A stretch of DNA of 32,000 nt from Candidatus Woesearchaeota archaeon (lineage in GTDB: Archaea > Nanobdellota > Nanobdellia > Tiddalikarchaeales > Tiddalikarchaeaceae): contig CAYWEY010000007.1 in the NCBI GenBank assembly GCA_964457955.1, forward strand, positions 8,783 through 40,782. The letters run 5' to 3'. Positions within the stretch are counted from its first letter, which is position 1, and each line of letters starts with the position of its first letter. Positions 1 through 7,669 of the stretch are shown here, piece by piece. The notes beneath the pieces are model-generated. The model was given only the letters and a program-made list of their open reading frames with translations, had not been told where the DNA came from and did not search any database. The translations under genes were made by a program, and so were the position numbers.

Positions 1-2
1 GG

Positions 3-800
3 GTGGAAGTAATGGGCAGGGAGAAAATTTATTTCAACAAAACTAATGATAATAGTTTCATTCCTGAAAGAACAAATAGTTTTAATTATTCAGTAACTCA
101 GAAAAAACTGAATAATACGAATTATGAATGGGATTTTGACAATAATATTCTAAGCTATAAGGACTCAAATAACTGGTTTCATACAGGAAACTTCTTCACC
201 TGCAGTCTGGATAATACAACTAACTGTATAACAACAACAAATAATTATGATTATGAAGGAATAATTGAGGACAGAAGCAGCCGTAAAATTACTTATTACA
301 CAAGCCAGTTAAATAATAACTTAATAGTTGAGAATTATAAAAACAAAGACTTTGTTAAACTAATAATCACTCCACCAGACAATAATTTCTTATTCGCACC
401 ATTAATGAATACGTGTGGAACAATTGATGATTATTATAAAACAACAAATAATGAAGAAGAAACAATTACTGGATTAACAAACCTTACTTATGAAGAAGTA
501 TTAAACCATGAATGGAGTTATGCAGGTAAGAGAAGCGATAATGATTATTTAATAATATTTTACAAAAACAATGACTTGCTCCCAACTAATCCTGCAATAA
601 GAATTAGTCAGGATGCTTTATACTTTGCTTTCAAGAACAAGACAATAAACCTTTACTTATTAATGACTAATCAGGGATGGAGTTATGCAGACTACTTAAT
701 AAAAGAATTGGAGTCAGCAAGAGAATGCAGGAATAATATAACAATAAATCACGCGAATATTATTGGAAACAATATTCAGTTAATACAGGACTTTACTTAA
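3..800 (+). CDS. Hypothetical Asn/Thr-rich protein, C-terminal part (5' end outside window); probably extracellular/glycosylated
   Basis: ORF is open at the left window edge and long for stop-rich AT DNA. About 7 N-x-S/T sequons (NKT, NYS, NNT, NTT, NLT, NKT, NIT). No family recognised. Its 3' end overlaps the convergent rfcL 3' end by 8 nt. Confidence 0.6.
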   Translation: MEVMGREKIYFNKTNDNSFIPERTNSFNYSVTQKKLNNTNYEWDFDNNILSYKDSNNWFHTGNFFTCSLDNTTNCITTTNNYDYEGIIEDRSSRKITYYTSQLNNNLIVENYKNKDFVKLIITPPDNNFLFAPLMNTCGTIDDYYKTTNNEEETITGLTNLTYEEVLNHEWSYAGKRSDNDYLIIFYKNNDLLPTNPAIRISQDALYFAFKNKTINLYLLMTNQGWSYADYLIKELESARECRNNITINHANIIGNNIQLIQDFT

Positions 801-1953
801 GAAAATCTTCTTCTTTATCGCTTAATTCAACACCACTAACTTTTTTCCAAATCCTCATATGATGCATGTAATGCTTCTTAACCTTATCAGAAGAGCAGTG
901 CACGTGCCTGCCCAGTTTTTCACTAATACTGTCAAGCAAATACCTCTTACTTTTGGAGCGGAATAACTTATTAATCTTAACAGGATGCTCGTAGCGCGTG
1001 AATTTACGATAAACACTTTCTTTGCTGAAACTAACACCAAGAGTCATTAATAACTTAGCATACCATAAGAACCTCCAGTGATTCCTCCTATAAATCCTTC
1101 CCAAAAAAACATCACTGTTACTAATATGTTCGTAAGCTTTATGAACTTCACCAGGTTTTTTATACTCATTAATAATATTCTCACCAATCCATAATAATAA
1201 AGTATTAAAATTCATATTCCTCAAACGATCAGTGCTTGACAAACTCGTTTCTTCAGCACTTGCTTTAAAAACCATTTTTAATACCTGAAAAATATTCTCC
1301 TCCTTCTCACGCTCATACAAACCCTCCAAATCCTCATCACTCTCAATACTGCTCAAATCATTCAAAGCACTCCTAGCATCACCATTACTTAAACTCGCGA
1401 GTTTTCTTAAACCAGAAGAACTTAAACTAATACCTTCTTTTATACTAATATTCTTAAGAAGATTATAAACACTCCAGTACTTAATCTTCTTAACCTCAAC
1501 CATACGCGCCTTCTTCCTCAGAGTGGATAATTTCTTATTATAAACATTATTAGCAACCATGATTATAGGAAAACTAGTTTCCTTAATAATAGAAATAATT
1601 TCCTTCACTCCACCCCTGTCAGTCCTTCCGTGAATACCTTCAAGCTCATCAATAAGAATAACTCTTTTCTTGCTGAACAAGCTTGCCTGTTTGCTCGCAC
1701 TTCCAATAATATTCTTAATATTTTCAGCATTCCTCTTATCACTTGCATTAATCTCTAATAATTCAAAACCCAAATCATTACTAACTGCTCTAACTACGCA
1801 AGTCTTTCCCGCACCAGGAGGTCCATGAAGAAGTAATGCTTTCTTCTTAACATTAGGAAAATCTTTCAAGAATTTCTTAATAATACTAATCTCCTTTTCC
1901 CTCCCCACAACTTCTTCACAAGTTTCCGGAGAGTATTTAATAACTAAATTCAT
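793..1953 (-). CDS. rfcL: Replication factor C large subunit (AAA+ clamp loader)
   Basis: YSPETCEEVVGR N-terminus, Walker A GPPGAGKT, Walker B VILIDELEG. Sits immediately downstream of rfcS, and its ATG overlaps the rfcS TGA (ATGA at 1950-1953). At 386 aa it is shorter than typical archaeal RFC-L. Confidence 0.9.
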   Translation of the reverse strand: MNLVIKYSPETCEEVVGREKEISIIKKFLKDFPNVKKKALLLHGPPGAGKTCVVRAVSNDLGFELLEINASDKRNAENIKNIIGSASKQASLFSKKRVILIDELEGIHGRTDRGGVKEIISIIKETSFPIIMVANNVYNKKLSTLRKKARMVEVKKIKYWSVYNLLKNISIKEGISLSSSGLRKLASLSNGDARSALNDLSSIESDEDLEGLYEREKEENIFQVLKMVFKASAEETSLSSTDRLRNMNFNTLLLWIGENIINEYKKPGEVHKAYEHISNSDVFLGRIYRRNHWRFLWYAKLLMTLGVSFSKESVYRKFTRYEHPVKINKLFRSKSKRYLLDSISEKLGRHVHCSSDKVKKHYMHHMRIWKKVSGVELSDKEEDFLK

Positions 1954-2897
1954 TTTATTTTGTAAAACTGGGCTAGAAGCGACTCTAACTGTATGAATTC
2001 GTCGCTTCCTTCAGTTATTCTGAACTCGTAATCACCTATCTTCTTAATCATCCTTATCTTAGATTCAGTGCTTAAGTTATCAATCTTAAGCACTTCCTTA
2101 CTTATCTGCTTAACAACATCAATGCCGGATAATCCGTGTTCAGTAATAGTGTCGAATAATAAACTTCTTGCTTTCTTAAAATCACCATTAATACTCATTT
2201 TTAAGCATTCTCTTATTTCTTTAGGGCGAGCCATACTGCTCACTTCATAAACTATTTGTTCAGTAATCTTAGTACCTAAAACACTGCTTGACTGGAGAAT
2301 ATTGATTGCTTTACGCAAATCACCATTACTTATATCATAAATTTGTTCAACAACCATGTCAGTATAATCTAAATCCTCTTTATCAGCAATAAATTTGAGT
2401 CTCTTAACAACCGCTTCTCTTGGAAGACTAGTATATCTGAAAAGCATACATCTTGATTGTATTGGGTCAATAATCTTACTAGGATAATTGCAGTCAAGAA
2501 TAAAACGGCAAGTTTTAGTATACTTCTCCATAGTCCGTCTTAAAGCCTGCTGGGCTTCTCTTGTAAGAGCATCACTCTCACCTAAAAAAATGATTTTGAA
2601 AGGAACATCACCAATTGCTTTACTTCTCGCAAAATTCTTCACCTTAACACGAATAGTGTCAATACCCCGCTCATTACTCGCATTAAGTTCTAAAAAATTC
2701 CTCTTACAGTTATCACCGAATAATTCATTAACTAAAGCAAGAGTTGAAGCTGTTTTTCCAACACCTGCAGGACCAGCCATTAATAAATGAGGCATACTCT
2801 TGTTATTAACAAAAGCTTTAAGACGCTTAATAATGTGCTTCTGACCCACAATATTATCTAATTTTTTCGGTCTGTACTTTTCAGTCCATACTTCCAT
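1950..2897 (-). CDS. rfcS: Replication factor C small subunit
   Basis: WTEKYRPKKLDNIVGQ (RFC box II), Walker A GPAGVGKT, QQALRRTMEKY, SRC arginine-finger motif (IQSRCMLFRY). The Walker B reads FLGESDALT rather than the usual LDEADALT. Confidence 0.95.
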   Translation of the reverse strand: MEVWTEKYRPKKLDNIVGQKHIIKRLKAFVNNKSMPHLLMAGPAGVGKTASTLALVNELFGDNCKRNFLELNASNERGIDTIRVKVKNFARSKAIGDVPFKIIFLGESDALTREAQQALRRTMEKYTKTCRFILDCNYPSKIIDPIQSRCMLFRYTSLPREAVVKRLKFIADKEDLDYTDMVVEQIYDISNGDLRKAINILQSSSVLGTKITEQIVYEVSSMARPKEIRECLKMSINGDFKKARSLLFDTITEHGLSGIDVVKQISKEVLKIDNLSTESKIRMIKKIGDYEFRITEGSDEFIQLESLLAQFYKIK

Positions 2898-2942
2898 AAT
2901 AATATACTACGAACACAAATATTATTTAAAAACATTACCCAA

Positions 2943-3254
2943 CTAATCTTTTTTTATTAGTCCGAATTTTTTCAAACGCTCAATAATAGTCTTAACATCA
3001 TTCTCAATATCTTTTAGTTTAGCAGTTTTTGCTTTAGGATGACTGCTTTTCTTAACTTCATTCAGTAACATTTTAGAAATATCCTTTATTGTGTGACTCC
3101 CATCGCACTGATCCCATATGAATAATGCAATCTCATTCAGTTTGAAAAATTTTTTCTCATCCTCTTTTAATAAACCAACTTTCGGATTCCCCCCTTCTTT
3201 TTCAGAGGGAATACCTGCGCGCACAAATCCTTCAGCCTTCATAGGTTTTGCCAT
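2943..3254 (-). CDS. PqqD-like / RiPP-recognition-element-like small protein
   Basis: Matches the PqqD family pattern: FKLNEIALFIWDQCDGSHTIKDISKMLLNEV ... DVKTIIERLKKFGLI. The ORF-track start at 3275 is GTG. ATG candidates lie at 3254 (MAKPMKAEG) and 3242 (MKAEG); I chose 3254. Confidence 0.65.
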   Translation of the reverse strand: MAKPMKAEGFVRAGIPSEKEGGNPKVGLLKEDEKKFFKLNEIALFIWDQCDGSHTIKDISKMLLNEVKKSSHPKAKTAKLKDIENDVKTIIERLKKFGLIKKD

Positions 3255-3281
3255 AAGAATAAAGAAATAATTCACGGATTT

Positions 3282-3848
3282 TTAAATGCTTTGCTGCAGG
3301 TTATGGATTATTATATTAGTCAAAGGATTCTCAAGCCTGCTTAATTCCTCCTTAACAAAATAATCACTTTCTTCACTCATAGCATCTTTTAATACGCATC
3401 CAAAAGTCCCGGAATTATATACTCTGATAATAACTGAAATATTCTCACCAATAACACCATAATTCTTCAAATCATTAAGAATGATGGGGTCAGGATGATG
3501 AAATTCTCCAATAATCTTTTCCGCTTCTTCTTTATTATTCTCCGCATAATTAATAATTTTCCCGGCCAGACATTCATGATTAATATTTATTTTGTAAACA
3601 TTATGGCCAAACCAATTATTCCCATCCTTCAAAATTAGTTTGTTTTTCAAAAAACTCTCATACTCCTTATTAAGATGCGACCTAATCGCGGAATTGTATA
3701 AACTAATATAATTATTAACATCTTTGTATTTCTGGGGAAGAGAACCAATCTTCTCATAAAAGAATTCAAGCGCTTCTGAACATGACATTCTCATACCATA
3801 CTTTTCAGGAAACAAAGCCTTCTTAAGCTCTATTGGAATTTCTTTCAT
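3282..3848 (-). CDS. Hypothetical protein (188 aa), no family recognised
   Basis: Clean ATG-started ORF with a TTTATAAA box about 33 nt upstream on its strand. Same strand as the PqqD-like gene and 27 nt upstream of it. Confidence 0.6.
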   Translation of the reverse strand: MKEIPIELKKALFPEKYGMRMSCSEALEFFYEKIGSLPQKYKDVNNYISLYNSAIRSHLNKEYESFLKNKLILKDGNNWFGHNVYKININHECLAGKIINYAENNKEEAEKIIGEFHHPDPIILNDLKNYGVIGENISVIIRVYNSGTFGCVLKDAMSEESDYFVKEELSRLENPLTNIIIHNLQQSI

Positions 3849-3876
3849 AAACTAGTTTAAGAAAAAAAAATTCTTG

Positions 3877-3894
3877 TTTATAAATTTTTATAAA
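3877..3894. promoter_or_regulatory. Back-to-back TATA boxes (TTTATAAA + TTTTTATAAA) in the divergent spacer between the 188-aa gene and ileS
   Basis: TTTATAAATTTTTATAAA lies about 33 nt from the minus-strand ATG (3848) and about 32 nt from the ileS ATG (3922). This spacing fits archaeal leaderless or short-leader transcripts. Confidence 0.5.
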
Positions 3895-3921
3895 TCATCA
3901 AATATATTAATTATTCTAAAA

Positions 3922-6900
3922 ATGAAGATTGATTTAGTTAAGGCAGAGGCAGAAATAATAAGTTTCTGGGAAGAGAAAAATATTTACGAAAAAGCAAAAA
4001 ACAAAGTTAAGGAAAATAAGCCATTCTATTTTCTTGACGGCCCGCCTTACACAACTGGAAGAATACATGTGGGTCACGCATGGGGCAAGTCACTGAAGGA
4101 CTTAACTCTCAGATATTTAAGAATGAATGGTTATAACGTGCATGACAAACCAGGATATGATGTTCACGGACTACCTATTGAAGTGAAGGTTGAAGAAAAA
4201 ATAGGGCTTAAGAATAAAAAAGAAATTAAGGATTATGGAGTCCAGAAATTTGTTGAAAAATGTATAAGTTTTGCTAAAGAAATGGCAGAGAAGATGAATG
4301 AGGACTTCTCCAGACTAGGAATATGGATGGATTGGGATAATCCTTACTATCCATTGAAAAATACTTATATTCAGGGAGCATGGACTGCTTTAAAAAAAGC
4401 ATATGAGAATAATTATTTATATCGCGGTAAGAAAGTAATGACTTGGTGCGCTAGGTGCGCGACAGCTCTTGCAAAACATGAACTCGAGTACGAGGACGTA
4501 ACTGATAAGAGCATATTCGTGAAGTTCAGAACAAAAAAAGATGAGAACACTTACTTACTTATTTGGACAACAACACCATGGACAATACCATGTAATATGG
4601 GTGTGATGGTTCATCCTGATTTTGTTTACGCTAAAGTTAAGGTGAATGATGAATACTGGATAGTTGCTGAAGAACTTGTTGAAAAAATCATGAAAATACT
4701 GAAAATAAAAGATTATGAAATAGTTAAGAGAATAAAAGGTTCAGAACTTGAGGAAAAGAAATACGAACATGTTTTTAGTGAAGAAATGCCTGTCCATAAA
4801 GAACTTAAACACATTATTGTCCTCAGCAAAGAATACGTTGATTTAGATAGTGGGACAGGACTCGTCCACTGCGCTCCAGGATGCGGTCCTGAAGATTATG
4901 AAGTGGGAATAAAATACAAATTAAGTATTATGAACCCTGTTAATGAGAATGGAGTATTCTCAGGAGAAGAAAGCGGAAGATTCAAAGGATGGAATGCAAA
5001 GAAGGATGATAAGAAGTGGATAAAATTATTAAAAAAGAAAGGTTTATTGGCAGGAGTCCAAAAAATCACTCACGAGTATCCAACATGCTGGAGGTGTCAT
5101 GAACCAGTTATTTTCAGAGCAACAAAACAATGGTTCCTTAAAACAAGCAGTTTAAGAAATGCGATGAGAGAAAAGAATAAGAAAATCTTCTGGCAGCCGG
5201 ATTGGGCGGGGAATAAATGGTTTGATTCATGGCTTTCATCACTGCAGGACTGGTGTATAAGCAGACAAAGATACTGGGGAATACCTCTACCAATATGGAA
5301 GTGTGAAGAATGCAATAATATTGAATTATTCGCTACATGGACAGAACTTTATGAACGTTCAGGATACAAAGAGAGTGTTGAAGAAGTGGATTTACATAAG
5401 CACTTTGTGGATAAAATCACTTTCAAGTGCAAAAAATGCGACAGTATAATGAGAAGAGATCCTGACATACTAGATGTATGGCTGGATAGTGGAGCAGCAC
5501 CATGGGCTTCAATAGGTAAGAAGAGTCTGAAAAGTGCTGATTTAATAATAGAAGGAAAAGATCAGATAAGAGGATGGTTCAACAGCTTAATGTGCCTCAG
5601 CATGGTAGCATTTAAAAAACCAAGTTATAAAAGAGTTTACATGCACGGATTCATAAATGATGCAGAAGGCAAGAAAATGAGCAAAAGCAAGGGAAACGTT
5701 GTGAGTCCTGATGAAGTTGTGAAAAAATGGGGTGCTGATACTTTCAGATTCTACACTATTGGAGGAGTATCTCCCGGACTGGACTTGAATTATAACTTTA
5801 AAGATATGAAACTAAAAAATTCTTACTTAAGAATACTGTACAACATGGTCAAGTTTGTTAAGAACAATTTCGAACTCGAGGATTATAAAGGAAATAGTCT
5901 TGTTAGTGAAGAATTATCCCTTGAGAATCAGTGGATGGTTTCAAGAATAAACAATACACTAAAAAAATACGATGATTACATGTCAGAGTACAAATTATAC
6001 ATGATTCCAAGAATAATCGAGGATTTAATGATTGAAGACTTAAGCAGATGGTATTTTAAGATAATAAAGAACAAGATAAGTGAAGAAGAAGTCCTGAGCG
6101 TATTAGGGTATGCTTTTAAGAACTTATTATTAATGTGTGCTCCAGTAATTCCATACTCAAGCGAGTACTTATACCAAGAGCTTAAGGATTATTTATTACT
6201 TGATGAGGAGAGCATTCATTTAATGAAGTGGCCGAAAATCAAGAAATCAGGAATTAATGAAGTTCTTGAAGAAGATATGAGTCTAGTTAAGGAAATAACA
6301 AGCGCAATACTGAATGCAAGGAGCAAGGCAGGTAAAGGAATACGCTGGCCTTTAAAAAAAGTCATGATATTCTCAAAAGTTGAGGATATTGATATAAGAA
6401 TAATGGAATTCGCTGACATTGTTAAAGAATTAACTAATGTGAAAGAAATAGAGTTCACTAATGAAATGTTTGAACAAATAAAGTATTCTCTGAAACCCGT
6501 TATGAAAAAAATGGGAAAGAAATACGGAGAAGATGTTAAGAAATTATTAAAAATACTTAAAGAAGAGGATGAAGAAAAAATTGTTGAAGAATTATTAAGC
6601 AAAAATGTTTATGAATTGAAAGAAGGAAAAAATGTTTTTGTTGTTGAAAAAGAAGACTTTAATATTAAGAAAGAAGCTATGAAAGGTTTTTCACTTGCAA
6701 GTTTCTCACAAGGAGAAATACTCCTTGACTTAATAATAGATAAAGATCTTAAGATTGAAGGATACTCCAGGGAGATAACGAGAAGAATACAGTCATTGCG
6801 TAAAAAAAGAGGGCTGAGTAAGGATGAAGAAGTAAAACTCTATTATAAAACAAGTTCAAGACTCTTAAAGAATAGTATTAAAGAATACAAAAAAGAGATA

Positions 6901-6996
6901 GAAATAACAACAAACACTGAATTAAGTGGGAAAAAAAACCTTAAAGGCAAGAGTTTTAGTATAAAAGACAAAGAAATCACACTGAAAATAATTTAA
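3922..6996 (+). CDS. ileS: Isoleucyl-tRNA synthetase
   Basis: Class I motifs: HIGH-type GRIHVGHAWGK and KMSKS (GKKMSKSKGN). Editing-domain WTTTPWT. IleRS-specific DWCISRQRYWGIPLP. The track start at 3874 is TTG and lies on top of the TATA boxes, so I use the ATG at 3922 (MKIDLVKAEAEIISFWEE). Confidence 0.95.
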   Translation: MKIDLVKAEAEIISFWEEKNIYEKAKNKVKENKPFYFLDGPPYTTGRIHVGHAWGKSLKDLTLRYLRMNGYNVHDKPGYDVHGLPIEVKVEEKIGLKNKKEIKDYGVQKFVEKCISFAKEMAEKMNEDFSRLGIWMDWDNPYYPLKNTYIQGAWTALKKAYENNYLYRGKKVMTWCARCATALAKHELEYEDVTDKSIFVKFRTKKDENTYLLIWTTTPWTIPCNMGVMVHPDFVYAKVKVNDEYWIVAEELVEKIMKILKIKDYEIVKRIKGSELEEKKYEHVFSEEMPVHKELKHIIVLSKEYVDLDSGTGLVHCAPGCGPEDYEVGIKYKLSIMNPVNENGVFSGEESGRFKGWNAKKDDKKWIKLLKKKGLLAGVQKITHEYPTCWRCHEPVIFRATKQWFLKTSSLRNAMREKNKKIFWQPDWAGNKWFDSWLSSLQDWCISRQRYWGIPLPIWKCEECNNIELFATWTELYERSGYKESVEEVDLHKHFVDKITFKCKKCDSIMRRDPDILDVWLDSGAAPWASIGKKSLKSADLIIEGKDQIRGWFNSLMCLSMVAFKKPSYKRVYMHGFINDAEGKKMSKSKGNVVSPDEVVKKWGADTFRFYTIGGVSPGLDLNYNFKDMKLKNSYLRILYNMVKFVKNNFELEDYKGNSLVSEELSLENQWMVSRINNTLKKYDDYMSEYKLYMIPRIIEDLMIEDLSRWYFKIIKNKISEEEVLSVLGYAFKNLLLMCAPVIPYSSEYLYQELKDYLLLDEESIHLMKWPKIKKSGINEVLEEDMSLVKEITSAILNARSKAGKGIRWPLKKVMIFSKVEDIDIRIMEFADIVKELTNVKEIEFTNEMFEQIKYSLKPVMKKMGKKYGEDVKKLLKILKEEDEEKIVEELLSKNVYELKEGKNVFVVEKEDFNIKKEAMKGFSLASFSQGEILLDLIIDKDLKIEGYSREITRRIQSLRKKRGLSKDEEVKLYYKTSSRLLKNSIKEYKKEIEITTNTELSGKKNLKGKSFSIKDKEITLKII

Positions 6997-7001
6997 AAGC
7001 A

Positions 7002-7009
7002 TTTATAAA
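7002..7009 (+). promoter_or_regulatory. TATA box (TTTATAAA) upstream of tbp
   Basis: Located about 42 nt upstream of the TTG start. The predicted short leader would contain the GGTGAT Shine-Dalgarno-like element at 7037-7042. Confidence 0.4.
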
Positions 7010-7047
7010 CGTTTAGTTCTTTTCTTTATAAACATTGGTGATTAAAT

Positions 7048-7587
7048 TTGGCTAAAAAGAATTATAAGATACAAAACGTGGTTGCTAGCGCAACACTTCA
7101 CGTGGATGTTCCGCTTGAGAAAGTAGCGACAAAATTACCTAATACTGAGTATAATCCTGAACAATTCCCTGGGTTAGTGTTAAGACTTAGTAATATAGGA
7201 ATAACAGCATTAGTTTTTTCAAGCGGTAAGATAGTAGTAACTGGAGTAAAATCAGAGGAAAAGGTTCCTGACGCGGTTAAATTAATTCAGAAAGAACTTA
7301 AGAAAGCAGATATTAATTGCACGAAAAAGCCGGAAATGACTGTTGAGAACATGGTTGCAAGCGGTAATGTAGAACTAAAACTTAATCTCACAAAACTTGC
7401 TTTTAGTCTGCCAACAGCAGAATACGAGCCGGAACAATTCCCAGGACTAGTTTATAAAGTGCCTGGAGGACACATAACTTTCTTATTATTTAGTACAGGA
7501 AAAATAGTGTGCACTGGTGCTAAAAATGAGAAAGAAATAAAAGATTCTATTAAAGAATTGAAGAAAGAATTACTGAAACTCCAATAA
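7048..7587 (+). CDS. tbp: TATA-box binding protein
   Basis: Two direct repeats of the TBP fold: IQNVVASATL...EYNPEQFPGLVLRL...SGKIVVTG and VENMVASGNV...EYEPEQFPGLVYKV...TGKIVCTG. TTG start preceded by GGTGAT (7037-7042). An in-frame stop at 7039-7041 excludes any upstream start. Confidence 0.95.
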   Translation: MAKKNYKIQNVVASATLHVDVPLEKVATKLPNTEYNPEQFPGLVLRLSNIGITALVFSSGKIVVTGVKSEEKVPDAVKLIQKELKKADINCTKKPEMTVENMVASGNVELKLNLTKLAFSLPTAEYEPEQFPGLVYKVPGGHITFLLFSTGKIVCTGAKNEKEIKDSIKELKKELLKLQ

Positions 7588-7595
7588 AAAAAAAA

Positions 7596-7615
7596 TTTTT
7601 TTCTATTTTTTTTTT
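7596..7615 (+). terminator. Oligo-T terminator region after tbp
   Basis: The stop codon is followed by A10, then T7, CTA and T10 (TTTTTTTCTATTTTTTTTTT). Oligo-T tracts are the known archaeal termination signal. Confidence 0.5.
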
Positions 7616-7669
7616 GTTACTGTAAACTAGTTAGAAATGTTTTAATAAAAACACTGTAAACAAATTATT

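Noticed and set aside
855-1040. Short and medium ORFs lying antisense or out of frame inside well-supported genes (for example 855-1040, 2068-2250, 2488-2790, 5097-5315, 6216-6602, 8329-8580, 8740-8934, 9350-9559, 10117-10317, 11967-12239, 14247-14441, 16447-17364, 17376-18361, 21641-21868, 22321-22524, 22822-23034, 23564-23995, 24767-25036, 25195-25410, 26061-26837, 27285-27548, 27632-27931, 27858-28106, 28356-28550, 29204-29497, 29768-30046, 30732-31281, 31693-31875)
   Set aside because: Each overlaps a gene with strong family motifs on the other strand or frame. Their translations are low-complexity (Ser/Leu/Ile/Phe-rich), as expected for shadow frames in AT-rich coding DNA.
2943-3848. Lasso-peptide-type split B1 (PqqD-like) / B2 protease pair
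   Set aside because: There is no asparagine-synthetase-like lasso cyclase and no precursor ORF. I could not identify a transglutaminase-like Cys-His-Asp arrangement in the 188-aa protein, and the gene order (188-aa gene before the PqqD-like gene) does not help.
3874-3921. Longer alternative starts from the ORF track (ileS TTG 3874, DUF424 ATG 12186, surface protein TTG 25826, ABC ATPase GTG 27642, permease ATG 29379, PqqD-like GTG 3275)
   Set aside because: They would run over TATA boxes or deeply overlap the upstream gene. Downstream ATGs give canonical N-termini and the ATGA or short-gap coupling typical of this window.
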